Assembly (NCBI GenBank): GCA_965223345.1
Contig: CBDCWG010000012.1
Coordinates: 1,792,001-1,856,000 of the forward strand
Length of the DNA stretch: 64,000 nt
Reading direction: 5' to 3'
Source of the DNA: Nitrospinales bacterium
Lineage (GTDB): Bacteria; Nitrospinota; Nitrospinia; Nitrospinales; VA-1
Position 1 is the stretch's first letter. Every line of letters starts with the position of its first letter. Positions 17,224-26,914 of this stretch are shown piece after piece. A program made the translations under genes and the position numbers. The notes beneath the pieces are model-generated. The model had not been told where the DNA came from. It made no database searches and worked only from the letters and a program-made list of their open reading frames with translations.

Positions 17224-19752
17224 ATGCATCCCGACGCACCGGGCGCACACAGGCGGGCGCTTTGCTGGTTTAGTTTCGTTCTGACGATGGCGCTTTGCGT
17301 TCCCGTCCAGGCTGGCGAGAGATTGTCGGAGAGCGACCTCTCGACGCTGCTCGAATCGGCTCCGCTGAAATTCAAACCCAAAACCGGTGCGCCGCCCAAG
17401 GTGGGGAAAGCCCTTCAGGAGCTGCACGCCGATTTCCTTTCCTTCAAGAAACGAAAATCCCATTCCGATAAAGCGGCGTTCAAGGCGCGATCGCCGATGA
17501 CGCGCCTGTCCAACGGGCACGTGGTCATCGACGCGATCGCCAAGGGCGATCCCGAAGCGTTGAAAGAGGAACTGGTCGGACTCGGATTGAAGCACGCGGC
17601 GGTGTTCGGTCAGGTGGTCTCGGGGCTTCTGCCCATCGAGGCCATCGAGCGGCTGCCGGAGTGCCGCTACCTCAATGTGGCCCGGCCCGCGCTGGCGGCG
17701 ACCAACGTGGGGCTGGTGACCAGCCAAGGCGATGTGGCGCAGCGTTCCGATGTGGCGCGCAGCGGATTCGGGGTCGATGGCAGCGGCGTCACCGTGGGGG
17801 TGCTGTCGGACAGTTTCGATTGTCTCGGCGGCGCGGCGGCGGATGCCGCATCCGGCGATCTGCCGCCGCTGGCTGCGATCGATGTGCTGGATGATGCCGC
17901 CTGTCCCGCCAGCGACGAGGGCCGCGCCATGATGCAGATCGTGCGCGACGTGGCGCCGGGTGCCTCTCTTTCCTTTCACACGGCGTTTCTGGGCGTTGCG
18001 AATTTCGCCCAGGGCATCCTGGATCTGGCGGCCGCCGGGGCGGACATCATCACAGACGATATCATCTATTTTGCGGAGCCCATGTTTCAGGACGGCCCCA
18101 TCGCCCAGGCGGTGGATGCGGTGCGGGCGGCGGGGGTAGCGTATTTTTCCTCAGCGGGCAACGACGCCCGGCAAAGTTATGAGAACCCGTTTAGGGGTGT
18201 CGTTGCCGATGGGTTCGAGTTTCACGATTTCGATCCCGGCGCGGGCGTGGATCTGCTGCAGCGGGTGTTCATCCCGGCGGGAGGCAGCCTGCTGATTTCC
18301 TTTCAATGGGACTCGCCCGCGGCGTCCGCCGGCGGGCCGGGTTCGCCCAACGATCTGGACATTTACCTCACCGACGATCCGGCGACCGTGTTTCTTGCGG
18401 CCTCCACCGAATTCAACCTCGGGCTCGACCCGGTGGAGATCCTGTTTTTTCAAAACACCTCGGGTGTGGGCCGGTTTTTCAACCTGCTGATCCACCGGGC
18501 GATCGGGCCGGACCCCGGCAAGATCAAGTATGTCCGCTTTTCGGATTCCATTCCGGTCGAATTCGACACGCAAAGCTCAGCGAGCTTCGGGCACGCCAAC
18601 GCCGCCGGCGCGGAAGCGGTGGGCGCCACGTTCTGGGCCAACACCCCGGCGTTCGGGGTCACTCCCCCGGCGCTGAATTTCTTTTCATCACGCGGCGGCA
18701 CGCCGATTCTGTTCGATACGGCGGGCAATCCGCTGCCCGCGCCCGAGATCCGCGACAAGCCGGGGGTGGTGGGGCCCGATGGCGGCGGGACGACGTTTTT
18801 CGGCGGCGGGGACGTCGAACCGGACGGTTTTCTGGATTTTTTCGGCACCTCCGCTTCGGTGGCGCACGTGGCCGGTGCGGCGGCGTTGCTGAAATCCGCC
18901 AACCCGGCGCTCACACCGGCGGAAATCATCGCCGCGCTCCGGAACACGGCCCTCGATATGGACGACCCGGATACGGGAGGCTTCGATACGGGCTTCGATT
19001 TTGCTACCGGGTTCGGCTTCATTCAGGCGGATCTGGCTTTGCAGTCGGTTTTGGGCGGCAACTGCGATCTCGTGGTGAACCCGCTCACGCTGGATTTCGG
19101 CTCGCGCAATGTCGGCGACACGGGTTCCCTGCCGGTGGAACTCAGCAACGAAGGCAGCGGAGACTGTGAAATCTTCAATGTGTCTCTGATGGGCAGCGGT
19201 GATTTTCAGTTCACCGCGCCCGCACCGGTGACGCCGTTCACGATCCCTCCCGGAGAGATGGAGACGGTGTCGGTGGACCACACGCCCAGCGATGCGGGCG
19301 CGGATGCGGGGGTGCTGACGCTGACCAGCAACGACCCGGATGACGGCACCATCGAGGTGGAGCTTGCGGGCACGGGGCTGCAGGCGCTCATGGAAAGCGC
19401 CGATCTTAAAGTGCGCAACTATTCCAACCGGCGGCGGGTGCGGGTCGGCTCCACCCTGACGTACACGATCAAGGTGAAAAACCGCGGCCCCGACAATGCG
19501 ACCGGCATCGTCGTCGAAAACACGTTGCCGGACTCCGTCGATTTCGTCGCCGCGTCTTCCGGCTGCACGCCCGACAGTGGCACGGTTGTCTGTCAGCTCA
19601 GTTCGTTGATGGATGGCGGCAGCAAGCGCTGGAACATCGTCGTGCGGCCCACCGAGAAAGGCCGCATCGTCAACCGCGTGCGCGTCTCCGGCAACGAGGA
19701 CGACCCCCGATTGCGCAACAACCGGGCGCGCAAAGCGACGCGCGTGCGCTGA
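17224..19752 (+). CDS. secreted S8/S53-like serine peptidase with Ig-like and DUF11 C-terminal domains
   Basis: GVLSDS, DEGRAM, SAGND, FGTSAS; LDFG..VG Ig-like segment; YTIKVKNRGPDNA DUF11 motif. Confidence 0.85.
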   Translation: MHPDAPGAHRRALCWFSFVLTMALCVPVQAGERLSESDLSTLLESAPLKFKPKTGAPPKVGKALQELHADFLSFKKRKSHSDKAAFKARSPMTRLSNGHVVIDAIAKGDPEALKEELVGLGLKHAAVFGQVVSGLLPIEAIERLPECRYLNVARPALAATNVGLVTSQGDVAQRSDVARSGFGVDGSGVTVGVLSDSFDCLGGAAADAASGDLPPLAAIDVLDDAACPASDEGRAMMQIVRDVAPGASLSFHTAFLGVANFAQGILDLAAAGADIITDDIIYFAEPMFQDGPIAQAVDAVRAAGVAYFSSAGNDARQSYENPFRGVVADGFEFHDFDPGAGVDLLQRVFIPAGGSLLISFQWDSPAASAGGPGSPNDLDIYLTDDPATVFLAASTEFNLGLDPVEILFFQNTSGVGRFFNLLIHRAIGPDPGKIKYVRFSDSIPVEFDTQSSASFGHANAAGAEAVGATFWANTPAFGVTPPALNFFSSRGGTPILFDTAGNPLPAPEIRDKPGVVGPDGGGTTFFGGGDVEPDGFLDFFGTSASVAHVAGAAALLKSANPALTPAEIIAALRNTALDMDDPDTGGFDTGFDFATGFGFIQADLALQSVLGGNCDLVVNPLTLDFGSRNVGDTGSLPVELSNEGSGDCEIFNVSLMGSGDFQFTAPAPVTPFTIPPGEMETVSVDHTPSDAGADAGVLTLTSNDPDDGTIEVELAGTGLQALMESADLKVRNYSNRRRVRVGSTLTYTIKVKNRGPDNATGIVVENTLPDSVDFVAASSGCTPDSGTVVCQLSSLMDGGSKRWNIVVRPTEKGRIVNRVRVSGNEDDPRLRNNRARKATRVR

Positions 19753-19762
19753 GGCGCGCCGC

Positions 19763-20929
19763 TCACTTCCGGTCGGCGGCGGCTTTTTTGAGAAGATCGA
19801 GCGGGTAGAAGGTGTCGCGCCAGATGATGCCGCCCCGTTTCAGGGTGAGAAAGGCCGAGCGCCACAGCGTCCAGAGATGCACGCAGACATAATACGGCAG
19901 CGGCAGGCTGATCAGCCATCCGCGCTGATTCTGCACCATGAACTGCCCCAGGATCGTGTGCAGCAGCAGCACCGTGGCCGCATAACCCGAAACGCGCGCA
20001 TCGGGAAACAGAAACAGCGCCGCATAGGGGAAGAGCAGGAGCCCCGCCATGAGGACCGAAGAGGTCAGCAGAAAGACCAGAGAGAAATTCATCGCCGCAA
20101 ACGCGTTTTTCTCCAGGCCGCGCACCAGCCCCGGCAGCCCTCCTTCCTGCCACTTGAGCTTGAGCTGATCGTCCGCGTTCAACACATCCTGCCGGTAGCC
20201 CGCCTGCTTCACCGCTTTGCCCAATAGAATGTCGTCCACGATTTCCAGTCTGAGGGCGTGATAACCGCCGATCACATCGTAGACGCTGCGCTTGAGCAGG
20301 TTGAACGCGCCGATGCCCAGGTATTCCTTGCGCTTGGGGTCGCGCACCAGCCAGGGTTTGTAGTAGTAGAGGAACATCCAGCCGATCATCCCCAGATACC
20401 CGTTCTCCCAGTACCCTCCCGGCAGCTGTTTGGGGAACAGGGTCAGGTGATCGAGGTTCTCCTTGAGCATGAACGCGACGGCGAGCGCCAGCGATTTCGG
20501 GGCAAACTGAACGTCGCCGTCGGTGAACAGCAGGTATTCTCCCGTCGCCGCCTGCGCGCCGCAGTGCAGGGCGTGGTTTTTCCCGATCCAGCCTGCGGGC
20601 AGGGTTTTCACATGCAGGGCTTTGAGGCGCGGGTCTTCCGCGGCCAGCCGGTTGAGAATGTCGCCGGTGGCGTCGCCGGAGCGGTCGTCCACCGCGACGA
20701 TCTCAAAGTCGGGATAATCCAGGACGAGCAGGGAGCGAATGCAGGCCTCGATCTTTTCTTCCTCGTCGCGCGCGGCGAGAACGATGGAAACGGCGGGTGC
20801 GGTTTCACCCGGTGGCGGGGCGAGAAGCGAGAGCCCGCGGTTCTTGAAATAGGAAATGAGCGGAGGCAGCGGTGCGAACCAGATGAAAAAAAGCATCCAC
20901 CCTGCGATGAGTGTGAGCCAACAGGTCAT
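19763..20929 (-). CDS. glycosyltransferase family 2, membrane-bound
   Basis: ARDEE, VDDRSGD, GWIGKNHA, FTDGD, VDD. Confidence 0.9.
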   Translation of the reverse strand: MTCWLTLIAGWMLFFIWFAPLPPLISYFKNRGLSLLAPPPGETAPAVSIVLAARDEEEKIEACIRSLLVLDYPDFEIVAVDDRSGDATGDILNRLAAEDPRLKALHVKTLPAGWIGKNHALHCGAQAATGEYLLFTDGDVQFAPKSLALAVAFMLKENLDHLTLFPKQLPGGYWENGYLGMIGWMFLYYYKPWLVRDPKRKEYLGIGAFNLLKRSVYDVIGGYHALRLEIVDDILLGKAVKQAGYRQDVLNADDQLKLKWQEGGLPGLVRGLEKNAFAAMNFSLVFLLTSSVLMAGLLLFPYAALFLFPDARVSGYAATVLLLHTILGQFMVQNQRGWLISLPLPYYVCVHLWTLWRSAFLTLKRGGIIWRDTFYPLDLLKKAAADRK

Positions 20930-21203
20930 AAAGCGTCCTTTTCCGGCGTGGGTTCTCGATTCCCGCCGGTCAATTTGCTGAACTTCTATATAAAAACTAT
21001 AAAAAAACTACAAGTATATCAAAAAGTTTTGACATTATTTTTTTAATACATTAACATCCCTCGAAACTGAATGGCGCTGAATAACAGCGCCTTCCGCATT
21101 TTCTTCGAAAATGTTGTGACTCTCCATCCGAAACTCCCGGTGACCCGGTTGATTTTTTTAAGGTGAAGACAGTGATTGCCATTCATTTGAGATCAAAAGG
21201 AGA

Positions 21204-23486
21204 TTGGATATGGAGAAACAAGCCCCGTTTGCGTCCTCGCAGACCCTTTCTGTCGATTTAGAGCCCGCCAAACCGAAAAAGTTCTCTCTATTTCAATCTC
21301 TCAATCCCTTCGGTCCCAAAAACGGCGCTGCCGCCGGTTTTCTCGGCCAGTTTTCCGGGCTGCAGGCCAGCCTGGATTGCCTGAGCACCAATGTGTTCAT
21401 CGCCGACCGGGATCTCAATCTCGTCTACATGAACCGCAAGGCGCGGGACACGGTCGAATCCATTGAAGCACAGATATTCGATCATTTCCGCGTCCGCGTG
21501 CAGGATCTTCTCGGAGGCTCGATCCACCGGTTTCACACCGATCCCAAAAGAGTGGAACAGATATTGAAAAATCCGTCCGCCTTGCCGCATCAGGCCACCT
21601 TCAGCTTTGGCGAAATCGCTCTGAAAACCAGCATCAACGCGGTCTATGGATCCAGCGGAGAGGTGTGGGGCTACATCGTGAACTGGGAGGAAGTCTCCGA
21701 GCAAATGAAATTGGAAGAGGAAACCGCACAGATCAAATCGATGGTGGAGAACGCTCCGATCAATGTGATGTTTGCGGACCGGGAGTGGAACATCACCTAC
21801 ATGAATCCCGCTTCGAAAGCCACGCTGCGTAAGCTGGAGGAATACCTTCCCGTGAGAGTGGATGCGATGATCGGCAAATCCATCGACATCTATCACAAAG
21901 ACCCTGCGAAACAGCGCCGGTTGCTGCAGGATCCGAAAAACCTGCCGCACAAGGCGCAGATCGCTTTGGGGCCCGAAACGCTGGAATTGCTGGTGAGCGC
22001 CATTTACGACAACCAGCAGAAGTACATCGGCTGCATGGTGACCTGGGAGGTGATCACCCAAAAACGGGAGCTGGAACGGAAAAACCAGGAGATGCGGGAA
22101 CGGGAACACACGCAGGCGGAGGAGCTGCACAAAAATGTGGACAAACTGCTGGTGGCGGTCAACGCCGCCGCCGACGGGGATCTCACCCGGCAGGTCGATG
22201 TGGTGGGGACGGACGCCATCGGCCGGATGGCGGACGGGCTGTCGGGCCTGTTCATCGGCCTGCGCAGCATCATTTCCATGATCGGAAAATCCGACAAGCA
22301 CATCAAAGCCAATTCCGAGACGCTCCTGGGGCTCAGCCATCAACTGAGCGCGGCGGCCGAGGAATCCTCCGCCCAGGCCAACGTCGTGGCTTCGGCGTCC
22401 GAAGAGATCAGCACCAGCATCCAGACGGTCGCCACGGGCGCGGAGGAGATGAGCGCCAGCATCAAGGAGATCGCGATGAATTCGGCGGAGGCGGCGAAAG
22501 TGGCGAAATCCGCGGTGGAGATCGCGGGCGAAACCAACCGCACCATTTCCAAGCTGGGGGAAAGCAGCAATGAAATCGGCGAGGTGATCAAGGTCATCAC
22601 GACCATCGCCGAGCAGACCAACCTGCTGGCGCTCAATGCCACCATCGAGGCCGCCCGCGCCGGCGAGGCGGGGAAGGGCTTTGCGGTGGTGGCCAACGAG
22701 GTCAAGGAACTCGCCAACCAGACCGCCCGCGCCACCGAGGACATCAGCCAGAAGGTCGAGACGATCCAGTCGGACAGCAAGGATTCGGTGCAGGCGATTC
22801 AGAAAATCACCGAGGTGATCGAAAAGATCAACGACATTTCCAATTCCATCGCCGGTGCGGTGGAGGAGCAGACCGCAACCACCAACGAGATTGTGCGCAA
22901 CATCGGCGAAGCGTCGCAGGGCAGCAAGGAAATTTCCGCGAATATCATCGGCGTCGCCGATGCGGCCAAGGAGACCTCAATGGCGGCCGGGCAGTCGCAG
23001 CAATCGGCGGAAAAGCTGAAATCGATGGGCGAGGAGCTGGGAAACATCGTCAACCGGTTCAAGTACCAGGACGACGCCATGTCCCTGATGGTCTGGAACG
23101 ACAACTTCAGCGTCAACATCAAGGAAATCGACCGGCAGCACAAATGCCTCATCGACCTGATCAACGACGTTTACCGGGGCATGATGGCGGACAAGGGCAA
23201 GGAAGCGGTGGGGCATTCGCTGGAAGTTCTGGTCGAATACACGCAGAATCATTTCGGTTACGAAGAAAGCCTGTTCAAGAAGCACGGCTATCCGGAAACC
23301 CAGGAACATCTGGAGAAGCACAAAAAGCTGGTCGATCAGGTGGTGGAATTCCACAAGAAGTTCACGCAGGGCGAGTCGCATCTCGACAACGATCTTCTGA
23401 TCTTCCTCAAAGACTGGCTGACCCACCACATTCTCGGAACGGACAAGAAATACACCGAATTTTTGAACGAGTGCGGCGTGCACTGA
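21204..23486 (+). CDS. soluble methyl-accepting chemotaxis protein with two PAS domains and C-terminal hemerythrin
   Basis: Two PAS repeats, [30 protein letters not shown], and IDRQH / HFGYEE / HLEKH / HILGTD. Confidence 0.92.
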   Translation: MDMEKQAPFASSQTLSVDLEPAKPKKFSLFQSLNPFGPKNGAAAGFLGQFSGLQASLDCLSTNVFIADRDLNLVYMNRKARDTVESIEAQIFDHFRVRVQDLLGGSIHRFHTDPKRVEQILKNPSALPHQATFSFGEIALKTSINAVYGSSGEVWGYIVNWEEVSEQMKLEEETAQIKSMVENAPINVMFADREWNITYMNPASKATLRKLEEYLPVRVDAMIGKSIDIYHKDPAKQRRLLQDPKNLPHKAQIALGPETLELLVSAIYDNQQKYIGCMVTWEVITQKRELERKNQEMREREHTQAEELHKNVDKLLVAVNAAADGDLTRQVDVVGTDAIGRMADGLSGLFIGLRSIISMIGKSDKHIKANSETLLGLSHQLSAAAEESSAQANVVASASEEISTSIQTVATGAEEMSASIKEIAMNSAEAAKVAKSAVEIAGETNRTISKLGESSNEIGEVIKVITTIAEQTNLLALNATIEAARAGEAGKGFAVVANEVKELANQTARATEDISQKVETIQSDSKDSVQAIQKITEVIEKINDISNSIAGAVEEQTATTNEIVRNIGEASQGSKEISANIIGVADAAKETSMAAGQSQQSAEKLKSMGEELGNIVNRFKYQDDAMSLMVWNDNFSVNIKEIDRQHKCLIDLINDVYRGMMADKGKEAVGHSLEVLVEYTQNHFGYEESLFKKHGYPETQEHLEKHKKLVDQVVEFHKKFTQGESHLDNDLLIFLKDWLTHHILGTDKKYTEFLNECGVH

Positions 23487-23490
23487 AGCC

Positions 23491-24126
23491 TTATACCCGG
23501 GTGACCATGGACTTGGCGAAATAGCCGTAATTGTCGGCGTTGTCGCAGGCTTTGTGATGGTTGTCGATGGCGAGACGTTCGCACGGGCCCACTCCGTAGA
23601 CGTGGTCTTTCGTGCGGGCCACCTTGTGCGAGAGCTCGTGGTACACCGTCTGCGTCGCCTCCTGCGGGTCCGGATCGGAGATGAACCACTTGCCCAGGAT
23701 GATGCGCAGGCCGGATCCCGCCTTGTGATGGTGCACATAGCCGTAGACGTTTTGTCCGGTGAACGGCGTGCCGTCGGACAAAGTGACCGGCGTCACCGGC
23801 TCCGCCGGGTTGGCGGGCGCGTGTTTGATGACGATGTCCGGCCGGTACGCCAGGATGATGGGCCGGGACAGGAACGCCTGGTTCAACTGCATCAGGTTCG
23901 ACTGCACCTGCATGAGCTTGTGGGCGTGCTCGACGTGGGTCTTGGGGCTCAACCCGAACCAGCGGCGGATCAAGTTGGCGTTCACGGGTGCGTCGAACCG
24001 CTGGACCGCGCTCACCGCCAGGGCCGCCGCGCGCTTGGCCTGGTTCCAGGCGAAACGCGCCCGCTGCAGGTCCGCGCCTTGGAAATTCTCGTATGTGACC
24101 GTGTGTTCCTTCACCAGGGTGGGCAT
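23491..24126 (-). CDS. M35 (aspzincin / lysine-specific metalloendopeptidase)-like protein
   Basis: HELSH, RTKDHVYG, NADNY. Confidence 0.8.
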   Translation of the reverse strand: MPTLVKEHTVTYENFQGADLQRARFAWNQAKRAAALAVSAVQRFDAPVNANLIRRWFGLSPKTHVEHAHKLMQVQSNLMQLNQAFLSRPIILAYRPDIVIKHAPANPAEPVTPVTLSDGTPFTGQNVYGYVHHHKAGSGLRIILGKWFISDPDPQEATQTVYHELSHKVARTKDHVYGVGPCERLAIDNHHKACDNADNYGYFAKSMVTRV

Positions 24127-24304
24127 GGCTTTTCTCCAATAGAAGGGTTGACCGCCAAATAGAGAGCCCGTTTCACCGCTGCGGGCTTTGCGAAGCGTTC
24201 GCGCCGGAAACTGAAGGCAACGCATTGATTTTTATAGAGAGTTCGGGGTATCTATAGCACAGTTCGACAAGGCGAAGCAAGCGCGAACCCTTACCTGCAA
24301 CGGC

Positions 24305-26899
24305 TCATGGTTTTTGTGCGAAATGAGAATCGGCAGGCGGTTCGTTCTGTTGGGCGAGCGGGACAAATCTCCGGATTTGATGCCGCTGTCCGTCTGTTTC
24401 GATGTGGATGGAACCGTCGCGGTCGGTGCGGAAGATGTTCACGCCGGCCGTCTCGTAACGTTCGATCACTTCCGGGTGCGGGTGTTTCATCCAGTTGAGA
24501 TAACCGCTGGAAAAGATGACGGCCTTGGGGCTCACGGCGTCGATGAAGGGGGCGGTATTGGAAAAGCGGCTGCCGTGATGCGGGCTTTTGAGCAGCGTCG
24601 CCTTGAGCGGCGCGGCGGTGTGGACCAGTTTGTTCTCGATGCGCCGGCCGATGTCTCCGGTCAGCAGCATGCTGAAATTTTTGTATTCGAGCCTGAGCAC
24701 GAGCGACCGGTCGTTCCCCACTTTCCGCGACCTCCGGTACGAGGCCAGCTGCACCCGGTTGGTTTTCGGGTGCAGGGGCAAAAGTTTCACCGCACCCACG
24801 TAAAACGGCGTGCCCGGTACCAGCGGAACGTGCTGCGCCCCCTGCGCCAGGGCGTTGGCCCGCAATGCGTCGATGCGCCGGTCGCGGATACGGGAAAAGC
24901 CGTCGAGAAAATGGCCGACCGGAAACAGCGTGACCAGCGATTCGAGACCGCTGATGTGGTCGTTGTCGGAGTGGCTCGCCGCGAGGTAGTCGATGCGGCC
25001 GATGCCCTGGCTCCAGAGAAACGGCGCCACCACGCGTTTGCCCACGTCGAGGGCGTTTTTGTAAAACCCGCCGCCATCGAGAATCAGGGTTTCCCGGTTG
25101 GGGAACTCGATGAAGATCGACTCGCCCTGTCCGACATCGAGGATGGCAATCCGCAGCGTGTCCGTGGGAAGCTCGGGGAAGCGCGGGAGCACGAGCCAGA
25201 ACATCAGGCAGGGAGCCGCAACGCACAGGCTGCGCTGCAGGATGATCGAACGCAGCGCCGTTTCCGGTGCTTTGCGAATGCCCAGCAGGCACACGGTCAT
25301 TGCCAGCACGGCGGCGTAGAGCAGAAACCATCCGTGCGGCGGGGTGGCAACGTACACGGAGGCGAACGGCAGCCGGGAGAAGAAATCCGGAACGAGGTCG
25401 AACAGTTTTACCAGGCCCGTCACGGGATAGGCCAGAAATCCGGCCGGGCCGGGAAGCGCCATGCCGATCAGCACGGTGGCGAGCGCCAGCGGCACCAGCA
25501 GGGATGCCAGCGGAATCATGAACAGGTTCAGGGCCCAGCCGATAGAGCTCACGCGGTTGAAATGCAGGATGAGGATCGGCAGCGTGGCGGCGAGCACGGC
25601 GAGGGAGATGAGGAGGCCGCAGGCTGTGGTCTTCTGTATCCTGAACAGGACACGCCGCCAGAAGGGGAGGCCTTCCGGCTGCAGCAACACCCGCTGCCAC
25701 CAGGCGGGGTCGCCCATGCGGTTGACGGGGTCCTGCATGAGGCGGGTCAGGTGTTGAAACACGATCAACACGGCGGCGGTGGCCGCGAAGGAGAGCTGAA
25801 ACCCCACATCCAGCACGGCCCCGGGGTTGACGAGCAACAGCGCGAAGGCGGCGAGCAGCAACGCGTTGAACAGGTTGCGTTCGCGGTTGATCAGAAACGC
25901 CAGCAGCACGACGCAGACCATGATCCCCGCGCGCAACGCCGACACTTTCGTGCCGACCAGCAAAAGGTAGAACAGCACCGGGCCGAGGCAACAAAAAGCC
26001 GCCGCTTTGCGGGCCGCGCCGGACTGCGCCCATTCGGGCTTGTATCGCAGGCAGGCCCTGAAGATCAGAACCCAGAACAGAGCGTATGCCGCGGCGGCCA
26101 CGAAACCGATGTGCAGGCCGGAGACCGCCATCAGATGCGAAAGCCCGGTGGCGCGGTACGCTTCCTGAGTCGGCTCGTCGAGCGAGGTGCGGTCGCTGAG
26201 CAGCAGCCCCTTGAGCAGCGCCGCTTCCTCGTTGGCAAACAGTCTGTTCAAGGAAATGAGGAACGCCTGCCGGATGCGAATCCTCACAGCGTCGGTGAAG
26301 GGCAGGGGGAAGGTCCCGATTTTTTGCACGGCCTCGATCTTGGAGAGGTTGCCCGTGACGTCGATGCCCTTGGCCTGCATGTGGCGCTCGTAATCGAAGC
26401 GGCCGGGGTTTTTGAAATTGCGCGGCCGTTTCAGCCTGAGATGATGAAAACGCAGCGTATCCCCCGCTTCAAACGAGAGCCGCCTGGGATCGTCGCTGTA
26501 CAGCGTTACCTGCGCGCGCCCTGAGACCGGGATCCAGCCTTGGTCTTGCTTCAGCTTTTTGAGCGCGACGAAAAAGCGCGTCCGCTCTGCGGTGGTTGCG
26601 GGAATTTCGGTCAGGTCGGCTTCGACATCGAAGCGTTGCGTTTCATCCAGATGGTTGAGGATGTGGTTCGCCGGCCGGGGTGGTTCGGTCCAAACGGGCG
26701 CATAAAAACCGGCCGGAACGAGGCAGATAAAAACGAGGATCTTCCCCCATGCTTTTGTTCGCGACCGGTAAAGCAAAAAGCCGGCCAGGGCCAGAACGCA
26801 CAGGGGCAGGGCGTGCGGCAGGAAGAACCGGTCCGCAGCGGGAAGCGCCGCCAGGATGCCGCACAGGTAGGCTAAGAAATAAGGGAGTAGGGGGGTCAC
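24305..26899 (-). CDS. comEC: DNA internalization competence protein ComEC/Rec2
   Basis: NPGRFDY, HLMAVSGLH, GFQLSF, DVGQG, SHSDNDH, PHHGS. Confidence 0.95.
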   Translation of the reverse strand: MTPLLPYFLAYLCGILAALPAADRFFLPHALPLCVLALAGFLLYRSRTKAWGKILVFICLVPAGFYAPVWTEPPRPANHILNHLDETQRFDVEADLTEIPATTAERTRFFVALKKLKQDQGWIPVSGRAQVTLYSDDPRRLSFEAGDTLRFHHLRLKRPRNFKNPGRFDYERHMQAKGIDVTGNLSKIEAVQKIGTFPLPFTDAVRIRIRQAFLISLNRLFANEEAALLKGLLLSDRTSLDEPTQEAYRATGLSHLMAVSGLHIGFVAAAAYALFWVLIFRACLRYKPEWAQSGAARKAAAFCCLGPVLFYLLLVGTKVSALRAGIMVCVVLLAFLINRERNLFNALLLAAFALLLVNPGAVLDVGFQLSFAATAAVLIVFQHLTRLMQDPVNRMGDPAWWQRVLLQPEGLPFWRRVLFRIQKTTACGLLISLAVLAATLPILILHFNRVSSIGWALNLFMIPLASLLVPLALATVLIGMALPGPAGFLAYPVTGLVKLFDLVPDFFSRLPFASVYVATPPHGWFLLYAAVLAMTVCLLGIRKAPETALRSIILQRSLCVAAPCLMFWLVLPRFPELPTDTLRIAILDVGQGESIFIEFPNRETLILDGGGFYKNALDVGKRVVAPFLWSQGIGRIDYLAASHSDNDHISGLESLVTLFPVGHFLDGFSRIRDRRIDALRANALAQGAQHVPLVPGTPFYVGAVKLLPLHPKTNRVQLASYRRSRKVGNDRSLVLRLEYKNFSMLLTGDIGRRIENKLVHTAAPLKATLLKSPHHGSRFSNTAPFIDAVSPKAVIFSSGYLNWMKHPHPEVIERYETAGVNIFRTDRDGSIHIETDGQRHQIRRFVPLAQQNEPPADSHFAQKP

Positions 26900-26914
26900 G
26901 CGACCCTTTCGGTT

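Noticed and set aside
22550..22900. DNA similarity to 53950-54320
   Set aside because: Expected conservation of the MCP signalling domain between two chemoreceptors
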